A DNA stretch of 64,000 nt from Oceanispirochaeta sp. (GCA_963663385.2 CAXXXD010000003.1:224001-288000); one strand, 5' to 3'; counted from the first letter of the stretch, positions 1-9,984 are shown. The notes: generated by a model not told the origin, from the sequence alone. Numbers and translations are program-made.

Positions 1-36
1 AGTTTCGGGCGGAAGCATATCGAAAGAGGTTATTGT

Positions 37-633
37 GTGGAGAAACTTACCCCCAGACAGCGGCAGGGTATTGAAACCAAGCTCAAAATTACAAAGATAG
101 CAACAGATCTGTTCAAGAATAAGGGATTCAGCGATGTGACCATCAGGGATATCTGTGAAGAAGCCTCCATCTCTGTCGGGACATTCTACCATCACTTCGT
201 TTCAAAGGATGAGATTGTCAATACGGCCTATACGCAGATTGATATGCTATGGGACGAACGGATTTCAGATTACCGGAGTAAAAATTCCGAAGAAGATATT
301 CTGTTCCTTTTTGAGGAGGCGGCAGATCAGGTTGCGGGAATAGGCTGGGAGCTGGCTTCCCAGAGTTATCAGCAGCTTTTATCGGCTAAAAACAAATACA
401 CATTCAACCCGGAAAGACCCATTTATAAAAAAGTCCGGAAAGCCATTGAATCGGGGATTCAGGAAGGAACCTTTCACGCGGATACGGATGTACTGGATCT
501 GACGGATACCCTTATCCGCACATCCCGGAGCGCTATCTTTGACTGGTGCCTGAGGGAAGGAGAGCCCGATCTCAGAAGCTGCATGCGCCATGATATCTCC
601 CTGATATTATCCAATTTCTGTGACTGCCGGTGA
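37..633 (+). CDS. TetR/AcrR family transcriptional regulator
   Basis: N-terminal TetR HTH (GFSDVTIRDICEEASISVGTFYHHFVSKDEI); GTG start after GAGG RBS. Confidence 0.92.
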   Translation: MEKLTPRQRQGIETKLKITKIATDLFKNKGFSDVTIRDICEEASISVGTFYHHFVSKDEIVNTAYTQIDMLWDERISDYRSKNSEEDILFLFEEAADQVAGIGWELASQSYQQLLSAKNKYTFNPERPIYKKVRKAIESGIQEGTFHADTDVLDLTDTLIRTSRSAIFDWCLREGEPDLRSCMRHDISLILSNFCDCR

Positions 634-739
634 ATCCGGCGGCAGGTTCCCGAGGCCTGTTTCTCTCCTGGTCTGTTCTTCCATCAAGGTCTCCCTGAAG
701 ATTTTCGAAAGGTCCGTACAAAAAAAAATCCTGTTTCCG

Positions 740-768
740 TTGACAAAAAAAGGGGTCTTATATATTAT
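740..768 (+). promoter_or_regulatory. sigma70-type promoter of tRNA-Leu
   Basis: TTGACA (740-745), 17-nt spacer, TATTAT (763-768), A-tract upstream. Confidence 0.8.
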
Positions 769-783
769 CACGATTACCAATTC

Positions 784-867
784 GCGGTAGTGGTGGAATT
801 GGTAGACACGCCAGCTTGAGGGGCTGGTGGCCGCAAGGTCGTGGAGGTTCAAGTCCTCTCTACCGCA
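784..867 (+). tRNA. tRNA-Leu(GAG), CCA not encoded
   Basis: Acceptor stem GCGGTAG/CTACCGC+A; D-loop GGAATTGGTAGAC; anticodon arm CCAGC-TTGAGGG-GCTGG; long variable arm; T-arm GGAGG-TTCAAGT-CCTCT. Confidence 0.97.
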
Positions 868-871
868 TAAT

Positions 872-910
872 AAAAAAACCCGGAATACGAAAGTATTTTG
901 GGTTTTTTTT
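872..910 (+). terminator. Intrinsic terminator after tRNA-Leu
   Basis: AAAAAAACCCGGAATAC-GAAA-GTATTTTGGGTTTTTTTT hairpin with U-tract. Confidence 0.85.
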
Positions 911-1137
911 TATTAAATCCAAGAGAACTTGAAGCGGAAATACGGTCCGAAAGGGATTCGTACCGTGTCATCAATAGCCTTCATCCTCAGCCCTTGCACG
1001 ATTCAAGAAGACGGCAAGGGAGTCGTGGAGTGTAATTCCACTAATTGCTAAATTAATTCCATGTTTTTTATTGTTGGATATGATATATTGCTTTTTATAA
1101 TATCCGCTTATAACAACACAGGAGGTCTATCCAGAAT

Positions 1138-2214
1138 TTGAGCGCTTCTGTAATCATTGTCACAGTGAATATCTCTTTTATCGTATCTGTCATTTTTTTC
1201 TTTTTCTCACTGATTCAGTTAATACATAAAAAGATCCAAAGGTCACATTATTTACTTTCCATAACCTTTTTTGCAGTAGCTGTTCAGTATTTGTCTTTCT
1301 GGTTGTATTTCAGGGTCAGTCCGATTTTTGAAAAGTATTTCTACTTTTCCGACAGTGCCTTCCTTTTTCTGATCGGTCCTTTTCTATATATGTATTTTCT
1401 TGAAATTACCGCGGAGTCTCAAGTCTCACGAACAAGAACAGTGTTGAATGCGTCTCCTTTCTTCCTGGCTCTGATTCTCATAGAAGGGATCAATCTTGCT
1501 TACCCTTCTTTGGATGATAAGGCTGGTCTTGGTATTATCAACTTCCTGGAACCATTGTCTTATCTCTCTATGTCCTTATATATAGTAATGATATTCAGAA
1601 TCCTTTACTCTTATTACTGGAAGAAGAATAAATCAACTGAAATTAAAACGCTGCTTTATATTATTGTATGCTGTGTTATTTTTTCTTTCGTACTAATGCT
1701 TTCTGCCCTCTGGCGTGACTTGCAATTAGTAGGCCATATTGCTTTTTTCTGTATTCCTATGGTTTTTATCTTTTTCCTGATTCGTTACCCCGATTTCTTC
1801 GTTAATGCCCAAAAGGAGTCCCAAGAGTTAAGGTATCTTAATTCCCAGCTAGGGAGTATTAACAAGGAATCTGTTATTGCCCAACTGGATTCTCTTATGG
1901 ATCGGGAAAGAATATATCGGGACAGTACCCTCTGTTTGAAACAGTTAAGCAGCAAGCTTGGCATCACGTCTTCTCAGCTTTCGGAGCTGTTGAACAGCCA
2001 TTATAAGACTAGCTTTAATAACTATGTTAACTTCCACAGAGTCGAAGAAGTTAAAAAGGCTTTGAGAGAGTCTCCCGACATTAGTATCCTTCAAACAGCC
2101 TTCGATAACGGATTTAATTCAAAAACAACCTTCAACACGGCTTTTAAAAAGTTTTCCGGCCTTTCCCCCTCCCAATATCGTGGAAAAAAGCATAAAAAAC
2201 GTTCGGATTTATAA
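1138..2214 (+). CDS. Membrane-anchored AraC family regulator (multi-TM N-terminus, C-terminal HTH)
   Basis: About 6-7 hydrophobic helices then AraC motif AFDNGFNSKTTFNTAFKKFSGLSPSQYR; TTG start after AGGAGG. Confidence 0.88.
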   Translation: MSASVIIVTVNISFIVSVIFFFFSLIQLIHKKIQRSHYLLSITFFAVAVQYLSFWLYFRVSPIFEKYFYFSDSAFLFLIGPFLYMYFLEITAESQVSRTRTVLNASPFFLALILIEGINLAYPSLDDKAGLGIINFLEPLSYLSMSLYIVMIFRILYSYYWKKNKSTEIKTLLYIIVCCVIFSFVLMLSALWRDLQLVGHIAFFCIPMVFIFFLIRYPDFFVNAQKESQELRYLNSQLGSINKESVIAQLDSLMDRERIYRDSTLCLKQLSSKLGITSSQLSELLNSHYKTSFNNYVNFHRVEEVKKALRESPDISILQTAFDNGFNSKTTFNTAFKKFSGLSPSQYRGKKHKKRSDL

Positions 2215-2252
2215 ATCCGAACGCCTCTCTGTTCAATTGCGGGTACTATAAT
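2200..2252 (+). promoter_or_regulatory. 24-bp perfect palindrome abutting the -35 position of a TATAAT promoter
   Basis: CGTTCGGATTTATAAATCCGAACG (2200-2223); TATAAT at 2247-2252; no consensus -35. Confidence 0.65.
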
Positions 2253-2292
2253 GGCTGGTAGAATTCACAAATCCAGAAGAGGTTATTTATTT

Positions 2293-3954
2293 ATGAGAAA
2301 GTCTGCACCATTCATCCCTTTTTTTTGGGGCCTTATAGTCCTTTTTCTGTTAACCGCCTGTCCGTCGGCCAACGACTCGGTGGAAAACAGTGACAACGCA
2401 CTGACCTCCTTTGGTTTCAGCGCTGATTTAAATGAAGCTCTTTTCAGTGATGTCTCGGTAATTATTAGCGGACCGGATATTACCCTGACTGTACCTTTCG
2501 GGACGGATGTTACAGCCCTGATCGCAAGCTTTTCCATTTCCGGTGTTTCCTTAAGTGTAAATGATACGGAACAGATCAGCGGGTTAAGCGCCAATGATTT
2601 TTCAACCCCCGTAATCTACCAGGTAAGCGCCGAGGATGGCAGCTCACGGGATTATTCGGTTAGTGTAGAGATAGCTCCGCAGCAGGAAAGTAAAAAAGGG
2701 ATTATTGCCTTCAGTTTTACCTCAGCGGCGAATCCGGTGCTTTCAAGTGATGTCGCAGGCACGATCAGCGGTTCGTCTATTGCCGTTCTCCTTCCTAATG
2801 GTACGGATCTTACAAATCTGATAGCGAGTTTTACAATTACCGGTGAATATGTTTCTGTGGGAGAGACCATTCAGAACAGCGGAATAAGTGTAAATGACTT
2901 TTCAAGCCCCCTCAATTATCAGGTAAGCGGAGAGGACGGTAGTACTCAGGATTATACGGTAAGCCTGGCCTTTGCAACAGAGAACTCAGGGTTTGACAGT
3001 GCGACCGCTACAGGAGATACCGGTGTTTTAACACTGAATGAATCATCTCAAACCATTACCATGGTCTGCGCCAATAATTCTGACAGCATCACTTTTCCCA
3101 CAGGACTGGATGACAGCGGTACAGCGTCTATAACTACACGGTTCTGGATGGGAGAAACTGAAGTTACCAACGCTGTTATAGCTGCCGTACTTCAGTGGGC
3201 CTATGGATATGGCAGATTCAGTAATAATTTGACAGATCATAATGCCCTTGATGTCTCTACAGTAAAACAGGGCGGTCAGGAGCTACTAAATCTTGCTCAC
3301 GCAGACTGCCGTATTGATTATGACGGGAACGGCAATTTTACGGCCGAAAGCGGCTATGAGAATCACCCCATTACCAATGTTACATTGTACGGTGCGGTAA
3401 TGGTTTGCAATTGGCTAACCGAAATGCGGGATGGAAATAGCAATAATCTTGTTTATACAGGTATCGATACAACCTGGATAGGCAGCGAGACTTTAGAAGA
3501 CACAAGCAAAAACGGTTATCGCCTGCCCTCAATTGATGAATGGGAACTGGCCGCACGCTATATAAATGATATCAACAGTGATGGTGATATTTCAGATAGT
3601 GATGAATACTATCCCGGAAATTTTGCCAGCGGGGCAGATGCCAAATACGATACCATATCGGGAGCTGATGATTACGATGGTGATGGTGATATTGAATACA
3701 GCACTGATGTTGCGGTCTTTGATAGCTCATCTGCTGCTGCCGTAGCCGGTAAAAGTGCCAATGCTTTGGGGCTCTATGATATGAGTGGGAATGTTTGGGA
3801 GTGGTGTTTTTCTAATAATGGATCAATGTGGGATATTAAAAGCTGTGGTTGGGGGAGCCCTGCGGGAGGTATGCAAATTGGAGTCGGAGATAATGCTAAT
3901 CCGGATAATGAGTACTATAATCTGGGCTTCCGTTTTTGCAGGACCGCAGATTAG
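2293..3954 (+). CDS. Lipoprotein with two repeated beta-sandwich domains and a C-terminal FGE-sulfatase (SUMF1/CLec-fold) domain
   Basis: Lipobox LTAC; two repeats ending NDFS.P..YQVS.EDGS..DY.V; FGE motifs ETEVTN, GYRLPSIDEWELAAR, NALGLYDMSGNVWEWC, LGFR; start placed at ATG 2293 after AGAGG. Confidence 0.85.
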   Translation: MRKSAPFIPFFWGLIVLFLLTACPSANDSVENSDNALTSFGFSADLNEALFSDVSVIISGPDITLTVPFGTDVTALIASFSISGVSLSVNDTEQISGLSANDFSTPVIYQVSAEDGSSRDYSVSVEIAPQQESKKGIIAFSFTSAANPVLSSDVAGTISGSSIAVLLPNGTDLTNLIASFTITGEYVSVGETIQNSGISVNDFSSPLNYQVSGEDGSTQDYTVSLAFATENSGFDSATATGDTGVLTLNESSQTITMVCANNSDSITFPTGLDDSGTASITTRFWMGETEVTNAVIAAVLQWAYGYGRFSNNLTDHNALDVSTVKQGGQELLNLAHADCRIDYDGNGNFTAESGYENHPITNVTLYGAVMVCNWLTEMRDGNSNNLVYTGIDTTWIGSETLEDTSKNGYRLPSIDEWELAARYINDINSDGDISDSDEYYPGNFASGADAKYDTISGADDYDGDGDIEYSTDVAVFDSSSAAAVAGKSANALGLYDMSGNVWEWCFSNNGSMWDIKSCGWGSPAGGMQIGVGDNANPDNEYYNLGFRFCRTAD

Positions 3955-4190
3955 GGAAGAAGGGGACATCTGGTAAAAAAGAACAAGGAAAGGCATTAAT
4001 AAGGTAATCTTTTCTTGTATTTGAGCCTCCGTCCCCATACAACAGTTAAAACAGGATCTTATACAACCATGCATCTATTCCTGCATTTCCCAGTAGATTC
4101 TATTTCCGGGGACGCTAAATCGTTTTATTCTATGATAAAAGTCTGAACCCAAGTTGACAGAGAACCCCATAAATACTTGAATGAATTATA

Positions 4191-6023
4191 ATGAAATCCC
4201 GAATATATTTATTTTTAATACTGTCATCGATCAGTTTTCTTTTTGCAGAAGAGGTAAAGCCACGGATCCTCAGCCTCCCCATAGAGAATACGGTGAAAAA
4301 TGAATCCTATGATATCCTGGCCGGAACCATCCGGGATATTCTGCAGCTTTCCCTTAAACTGATTGGAAGGTACGACGTGATCAGTTCGGAACTTTCAGGT
4401 GAGGAACTTTTTGCCGGATCCACTGTTACTGAATATGCGAATACACATGCCGTCGATAATATCATCTGGGGTTCCCTCAGCCTGAATGAATCGGGAAAGC
4501 TGGTTATGAGCCTTTATCTCTTTGAGAGAGCTTCAGCCTCGGTCGTTTCATCTCCCGAGGAGACGGCCGAAAATGCCCTTGGGGTTTTTGATGCTACCGA
4601 TAATCTTGTTGTAAAAATCCTGGGATCTCTGAGTGATGAACACATTGCCTTCGGCTCACTGAATTTCCTGAACACAGGAGAAAAGGGGCGTTACCAAATC
4701 TATTTTGATAATACAGCGGTGGCTGAAAACAGTGAGAGAATCGACCGGGTATTAAATGGAAGTTATGATCTTGAAATCAGGCAGATCCGCTTCGGGCTTG
4801 AAACAGTTCTTTACAGGGAAAATATTCAGGTGCTGGAAGGCGAGGAGAAGGTCATTGAATTTGCTGTCCCCTACCTGACGGATAAAGAGAGGGAGCGTCT
4901 GGCAGCCCTGGCGCCGGCAATCGACACTGTTATCAGTACTGGCTCCTATACCGGCGACCTGCGGAAAGAAATCGACATCCTTCTCTCCGAATCGAAAGAT
5001 CTCTCCTTCTGTCCGGCTGTGGCATCCGAAATCCCTGTCATTTCTCTGGCCGACTATCGCCTCTCCCTGGAAGAGAATCTGAGAGAGGGGATAAAACGCT
5101 TTAATCTCAGGCTGCCTATGGATCCCTGCTGGTTTTCCCGGAAAATGGTTATTCCGGAAGAACTCAAAACGGCGGAACTGCAGGATGAAGCAGAGGGCGT
5201 TCTGGAATCCCTCTACCTTCTGCAGCGTTTGGAGGAGGTTTCATTTTTTGAAAAAAAATATTACACGCGCTATCCCCCATCCCGTATGGATATCACTCAG
5301 CTTGCTCAGCTGACAAGTAACAGATTCGCCGATTTATACAGCCGGGACAGGCACTACATTGACAGCCTCTATAAAGCTCATCTCGAAGAAGAGGCTGCCG
5401 GGGATCAGTACCAGTTCAATCGTATTATGGAGAAGTATTACAGGGTTTTCTGGAAGATCCTGGGGAAACATAATAAGGGCAGGCTGGAAATCAGCCGGGA
5501 GGATATTCCCGAGCTGATGGCAAAATATCAGACTCTTAAGCCCGCCTCCAATTATACCTATAAATATAATCGAAGGCGTACTCTGCTGGGGCGGGTGGAT
5601 CTTTTCGGCGGCACTCTTGTAACAGGCGGTTTTCAGTGGCGTCCGGGTAACAGCTGGTTTGCTCTGCGTTCGGGAGTCAGTACCTATTGGGACTTCTCAG
5701 ATACTGCTTTTTTCTCCATCCCTATTGAGCTGGATTTATGTCAGACAGTTGATATTGTTACCATGTATACCGGATTTGTACTTGATCTGCCTCTGTCCTA
5801 TTACGGCAATGGCATTGAAGAATTGAATAAATATCAGGCTGTAAGTGACGACAGTCTGCCAACGGCATTCGGATTTAATATCGGAATGGATCTGAATCTG
5901 GGCAGGATAAGTCTGACCCTGAATAACTACCTTTATATGATGGCCAGAGACCTGGCCGACAGTTATACCGACAGCAGCTCTCCGGCTTTTGTCTACTCTC
6001 CCTCCATAGGAGTCCTGTTTTGA
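4191..6023 (+). CDS. Secreted/outer-membrane hypothetical protein
   Basis: 610-aa ORF, signal peptide, C-terminal amphipathic beta-strands ending in Phe. Confidence 0.7.
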   Translation: MKSRIYLFLILSSISFLFAEEVKPRILSLPIENTVKNESYDILAGTIRDILQLSLKLIGRYDVISSELSGEELFAGSTVTEYANTHAVDNIIWGSLSLNESGKLVMSLYLFERASASVVSSPEETAENALGVFDATDNLVVKILGSLSDEHIAFGSLNFLNTGEKGRYQIYFDNTAVAENSERIDRVLNGSYDLEIRQIRFGLETVLYRENIQVLEGEEKVIEFAVPYLTDKERERLAALAPAIDTVISTGSYTGDLRKEIDILLSESKDLSFCPAVASEIPVISLADYRLSLEENLREGIKRFNLRLPMDPCWFSRKMVIPEELKTAELQDEAEGVLESLYLLQRLEEVSFFEKKYYTRYPPSRMDITQLAQLTSNRFADLYSRDRHYIDSLYKAHLEEEAAGDQYQFNRIMEKYYRVFWKILGKHNKGRLEISREDIPELMAKYQTLKPASNYTYKYNRRRTLLGRVDLFGGTLVTGGFQWRPGNSWFALRSGVSTYWDFSDTAFFSIPIELDLCQTVDIVTMYTGFVLDLPLSYYGNGIEELNKYQAVSDDSLPTAFGFNIGMDLNLGRISLTLNNYLYMMARDLADSYTDSSSPAFVYSPSIGVLF

Positions 6024-6526
6024 AAAGGAATATATTCATTCTATTAATAATATTAATATTAGCTTTGGCAACAGCATGCTCCGTCTATTTCGAACCTCTC
6101 AATAAATTTGACAGGAACGATCCTCTGGTGGATTTTGATATAAGTGATCCGGAGAGTGAAGGGGCATCCGATGAAATCGCCCTTGGTACGGTTACCCCTA
6201 ATTCCGGTTTAATAAATGGTGATACCTACACTTTTACTATAGAAGTTACCTATAATCTTACCAGTCTTGAGGACGGGGCCGTTCTGATTACTTTTAATTA
6301 TAGCGCTGTCAACTCCCGGGACAGTCCGGAATCCGGCAGTGCCGTACAGCTGGTTTCCAATGGAGCTGATACAATTACTTTTACTGTTGAACAGACAGCC
6401 AGAGACTGGGGAAACGACGGAGACTTTATGGTTGCGGCAACCCTGTCCTCTGCCGTATACGATGAAACAGAGGGTAGTTATTCCTATAACGGTATAATAA
6501 CGGACTATGAAATCCTTACCTTTTAA
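6020..6526 (+). CDS. Hypothetical lipoprotein
   Basis: Lipobox ATAC; overlaps upstream stop (TTGA coupling). Confidence 0.7.
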   Translation: MKRNIFILLIILILALATACSVYFEPLNKFDRNDPLVDFDISDPESEGASDEIALGTVTPNSGLINGDTYTFTIEVTYNLTSLEDGAVLITFNYSAVNSRDSPESGSAVQLVSNGADTITFTVEQTARDWGNDGDFMVAATLSSAVYDETEGSYSYNGIITDYEILTF

Positions 6527-6580
6527 AGCTTAAGGGCCTGGAATAAAATCAGGTAAATAACTCAAGGCCGATTCCTTGGA

Positions 6581-7741
6581 TTAGATTCTGTTGATAAACC
6601 TTTCAATCTGCACCAGCGCTGCCCCCAGTGCGGATGACTCCACATTGTAGGTACACACCGTTACATAGGAGGCGTCATTTTCAAAGGTATTCCTATGGGA
6701 TACTCTCTCCTTCAGCTGTTCCAGATAGGGACTGATAAAGCAGCCTACTTCTCCCCCGATTATTACCTTTGAATCGTACAGCATTCTCAGATTGTTTATA
6801 ACAATGGACAGGTTATTTAAATATTCCTCCCATATAGGCTGCATCTGGCTGTCTCCGGATGCCAGTTTTTTAAAGAAAGCTTCCAGATCTCCCTTTGTTT
6901 CCCGGGAAAGAACCTTGGAGGAGCAGTAGGAATCGGCGCAGCCGGATTTTCCGCAGTAACAATTCAGTCCTCCCGGGAAGAGGGTCATATGCCCGAACTC
7001 GCAGCTGCGGTTGTTATCTCCCATATATAGAGTATCTCCCAGCGGTTCATCGCTTAGAATTTCATTGTTTTCCCGGATAAAGGTTCCTCCCATGCTCTGG
7101 CTGAGAAGTAGGTAGATGGCATTCTCGAAATGGGATTCATGGTATATTTCGGCAAATCCCGCCGAATTGGCATCGTTTATAAACACGCAGGGATCCTGGA
7201 TGAACTGAGACACAGTTGAGCAGGGGAGGTTGCTGAGGTTAAGCGCATGAGAGTAAAGGATGGTTTTATTTTCCTTGTCGATAATACCGGGAACAGACAA
7301 GCCGTATCCCAGGAACCTGGTTCCTTCCGGAATATATTTAACTTTAAACTGCTGTACCCGCTGGGCCATCTCTTTATAATAGGTGCTGTGGTTTTCAAAC
7401 AGTTTGTAGAACCTTTCATGAATGAGGATCCTGCCGGAGAGATCCGTAAGGACCAGTCCTATATGATGCCTTGTTATATCTATGCCAATAGCCGTATAGG
7501 CATCTTTTACAATAGTGATGGCTGATGCTTTTCTTCCGCCAGTAGACTGGAATTCTCCCGCTTCCTGAACAAGACCGAGGGATATAAGGTCTTTTGTATT
7601 CTGGAGTACTGTGGGTAGGCTGATGCCGAGGGCTGCGGCAATCTCCGGTTTGGAGATCCTGTCGAATTTACTTATATAACGGAATGTTCTGTTCCTGTTT
7701 ATCTTTTTTACTTCAATATTACTGGCTCTCTTATTCTTCAC
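6581..7741 (-). CDS. ROK family transcriptional repressor
   Basis: N-terminal HTH, STGGRK, INDAN, EFGH and CYCGKSGC ROK motifs. Confidence 0.92.
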   Translation of the reverse strand: MKNKRASNIEVKKINRNRTFRYISKFDRISKPEIAAALGISLPTVLQNTKDLISLGLVQEAGEFQSTGGRKASAITIVKDAYTAIGIDITRHHIGLVLTDLSGRILIHERFYKLFENHSTYYKEMAQRVQQFKVKYIPEGTRFLGYGLSVPGIIDKENKTILYSHALNLSNLPCSTVSQFIQDPCVFINDANSAGFAEIYHESHFENAIYLLLSQSMGGTFIRENNEILSDEPLGDTLYMGDNNRSCEFGHMTLFPGGLNCYCGKSGCADSYCSSKVLSRETKGDLEAFFKKLASGDSQMQPIWEEYLNNLSIVINNLRMLYDSKVIIGGEVGCFISPYLEQLKERVSHRNTFENDASYVTVCTYNVESSALGAALVQIERFINRI

Positions 7742-7865
7742 TTTATTCCTTTATTACAGCGGGGGAATCCTCATAAAATTATATTCTTCCCGATTATATT
7801 TATCAAGCTGAGCCCCGCCATATCCTCCTGCCTATTAATGATCCATACAGTGCCGAAGAATTCAT

Positions 7866-7929
7866 TTGACAGCTGTCTGTATAGATGATATTGTATATTC
7901 ATTACTTTACTAAACTATTTAATAAAGTA
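7866..7929 (+). promoter_or_regulatory. Promoter plus probable ROK operator for the dehydrogenase-kinase operon
   Basis: TTGACA 7866-7871, TGn-TATTGT 7886-7894; palindrome TACTTTACTAAA-CTA-TTTAATAAAGTA 7903-7929 (1 mismatch). Confidence 0.7.
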
Positions 7930-7995
7930 TTTAATAAACTGTCAATGCCTTATGGGCAGATTGATTCTAAACTATAAAACAGTAAGGAAATAAAT

Positions 7996-9030
7996 ATGAG
8001 AAAAACCATGATACAGCAGGTAATGACAAGCCCCGGGATTATTGAATTCAGGGATATACCCGTTCCGGAGCCGAAAGAAAATGAAGTGCTTGTACAGATT
8101 CAGCGGATCGGAGTATGCGGCAGCGATATCCATGTTAATCACGGGAAACACCCTTATACTTCCTACCCTGTTACGCAGGGGCACGAAGTTTCTGCCCTTA
8201 TTGAAAAATGCGGCTCCCAAGTTCAGACATTTAAAGTCGGGGACCATGTAACCATTCAGCCTCAGGTTGTCTGCGGGAGATGCTACTCCTGTACACACGG
8301 GAAATATCATATTTGTGACAGCCTGAAGGTTATGGGGTTTCAGACAACGGGAATGGCTTCCGAGTATTTTTGCTGCGATGCGGACAGGGTTCTTAAACTG
8401 CCGGAAGGAATGACCCCTGATGAAGGCGCAATGATAGAGCCTGCTGCCGTTGCCTGCCATGCCCTCTCCCGGATTCCGGACCTTAAAGGAAAGAAGATTC
8501 TTGTCATAGGCGCCGGTCCCATCGGCAACCTGGTTGCCCAGACTGCAAAGGGAAAGGGCGCCGAATCCGTTATGATAACGGATCTGAGCGATTTCAGACT
8601 GAATATAGCCTCCCGAGTCGGTATAGACCATGCTGTTAATGCAGGCAGGGGAAACCTGAATGATGCGGTTATTAAGGCTTTCGGCAGGGATAAAGCGGAT
8701 GCCATTTTTGAATGCGTCGGAGCTCAGGGAACGATTGACAATGCCATTGGTTGTGCCAGGAAAGGTACTGATATTGTAATCGTCGGTGTTTTCGGGGATA
8801 AGCCTATGGTGGACCTGGGGCTTCTGCAGGACAGGGAGCTCAGGATTATCGGTACAGCTATGTATCAGACCGGGGATTACAGGGACGCCATTCGTCTTGT
8901 GCAGGAAAAAAAAGTACTGCTTGATCCTCTGATGACCGATCACTTTGCATTTGAAGAGTATGAAAAAGCTTACTCCTACATTGATGAGCGAAAAGACCGG
9001 GCTATGAAAGTTTTTATTGATATTAACTGA
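7996..9030 (+). CDS. Zn-dependent polyol/sugar-alcohol dehydrogenase (MDR family)
   Basis: GVCGSD, GHE, structural CxxCxxC...C, Rossmann GAGPIG. Confidence 0.92.
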   Translation: MRKTMIQQVMTSPGIIEFRDIPVPEPKENEVLVQIQRIGVCGSDIHVNHGKHPYTSYPVTQGHEVSALIEKCGSQVQTFKVGDHVTIQPQVVCGRCYSCTHGKYHICDSLKVMGFQTTGMASEYFCCDADRVLKLPEGMTPDEGAMIEPAAVACHALSRIPDLKGKKILVIGAGPIGNLVAQTAKGKGAESVMITDLSDFRLNIASRVGIDHAVNAGRGNLNDAVIKAFGRDKADAIFECVGAQGTIDNAIGCARKGTDIVIVGVFGDKPMVDLGLLQDRELRIIGTAMYQTGDYRDAIRLVQEKKVLLDPLMTDHFAFEEYEKAYSYIDERKDRAMKVFIDIN

Positions 9031-9037
9031 GGTGATA

Positions 9038-9940
9038 ATGGATAAACTGAAAACCCTCTGTTTCGGAGAGATTCTGTTTGATCGCATTGATGGGGATTAT
9101 CACTTTGGAGGGGCACCTGTCAATGTGGCTATTCATTTGGCCAGGCTGGGCGCCCGGAGCAGTATACTGAGCGCTGTCAGCAGGGATGAACTGGGTCTGA
9201 AGGCCCTGTCTGTTCTGGAGAAGGAGGGGGTTGTTACAAATTTCCTCCATACCGATTCTTCCAAACCCACAGGTACTGTAGATGCTGTTATCCGGGATGG
9301 TATGCCTTTTTATGATATAAAGGAAAATGTTGCCTGGGACTCTATCCAAATAGCGAATAAAGCGGCTATTGAGAATCACCAGTGGGATCTCCTGTATTGC
9401 GGCACCCTGGCACAGAGAACGGAAGAGAACAGGAATACCCTGAAATACCTTATGGAAAACCTGTGTTACAGGCAGCTTTTCTTTGATGTAAACCTGAGGC
9501 AGCACTATTTTTCAAGGGAAATTATCGAAGAAACCCTGGCCTATACCACGATTCTGAAGCTCAGCGTTCAGGAGCAGCCGGTTCTCAGTCGCCTGCTTTT
9601 TGAAAAGGAACTGGATGATATCTCCTTTTTTGCAGAGTTAATCGCCCTGTATCCTTTGGAACTGATGATCCTGACCAGGGGAGCCGAGGGTTCTGATTTC
9701 TACTTCCAGGCTATACCGGATGAAGTGTTCTCCTGTAAAACGGGGAGTGTGGACGTAGTTGATACAGTCGGGGCGGGAGACAGTTTTTCCGGAACTTTCC
9801 TGTACTTTTTTCTGAATGGGGATCGTCTGTATAAGGCTGCCGAAAAGGCTTCTTTAATGGCTGACTATATTGTCAGCCATTCCGGAGCGCTTCCGGTACT
9901 GGACTCCAGGATTAAAAGAGAACTGGGGCTATTGGCATAG
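9038..9940 (+). CDS. PfkB family carbohydrate kinase (fructokinase-like)
   Basis: GGAPVNVA, FDVNLR, DTVGAGDSF. Confidence 0.92.
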   Translation: MDKLKTLCFGEILFDRIDGDYHFGGAPVNVAIHLARLGARSSILSAVSRDELGLKALSVLEKEGVVTNFLHTDSSKPTGTVDAVIRDGMPFYDIKENVAWDSIQIANKAAIENHQWDLLYCGTLAQRTEENRNTLKYLMENLCYRQLFFDVNLRQHYFSREIIEETLAYTTILKLSVQEQPVLSRLLFEKELDDISFFAELIALYPLELMILTRGAEGSDFYFQAIPDEVFSCKTGSVDVVDTVGAGDSFSGTFLYFFLNGDRLYKAAEKASLMADYIVSHSGALPVLDSRIKRELGLLA

Positions 9941-9984
9941 GGGAGGAGTCAATACTGTTTCTGAATTTCGAAGGGGCTTCTCAT

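Noticed and set aside
934..970. GAAA-tetraloop hairpin as a possible c-di-GMP-I riboswitch
   Set aside because: Lacks the GCAAA...GACGCAAAGC core and the second stem
3955..4190. Possible DGR template repeat downstream of the FGE gene
   Set aside because: No similarity to 3790-3954, no AAC-rich tract, and no RT in the window
7972..9087. 371-aa minus-strand ORF
   Set aside because: Antisense shadow of the Zn-dehydrogenase; no motifs
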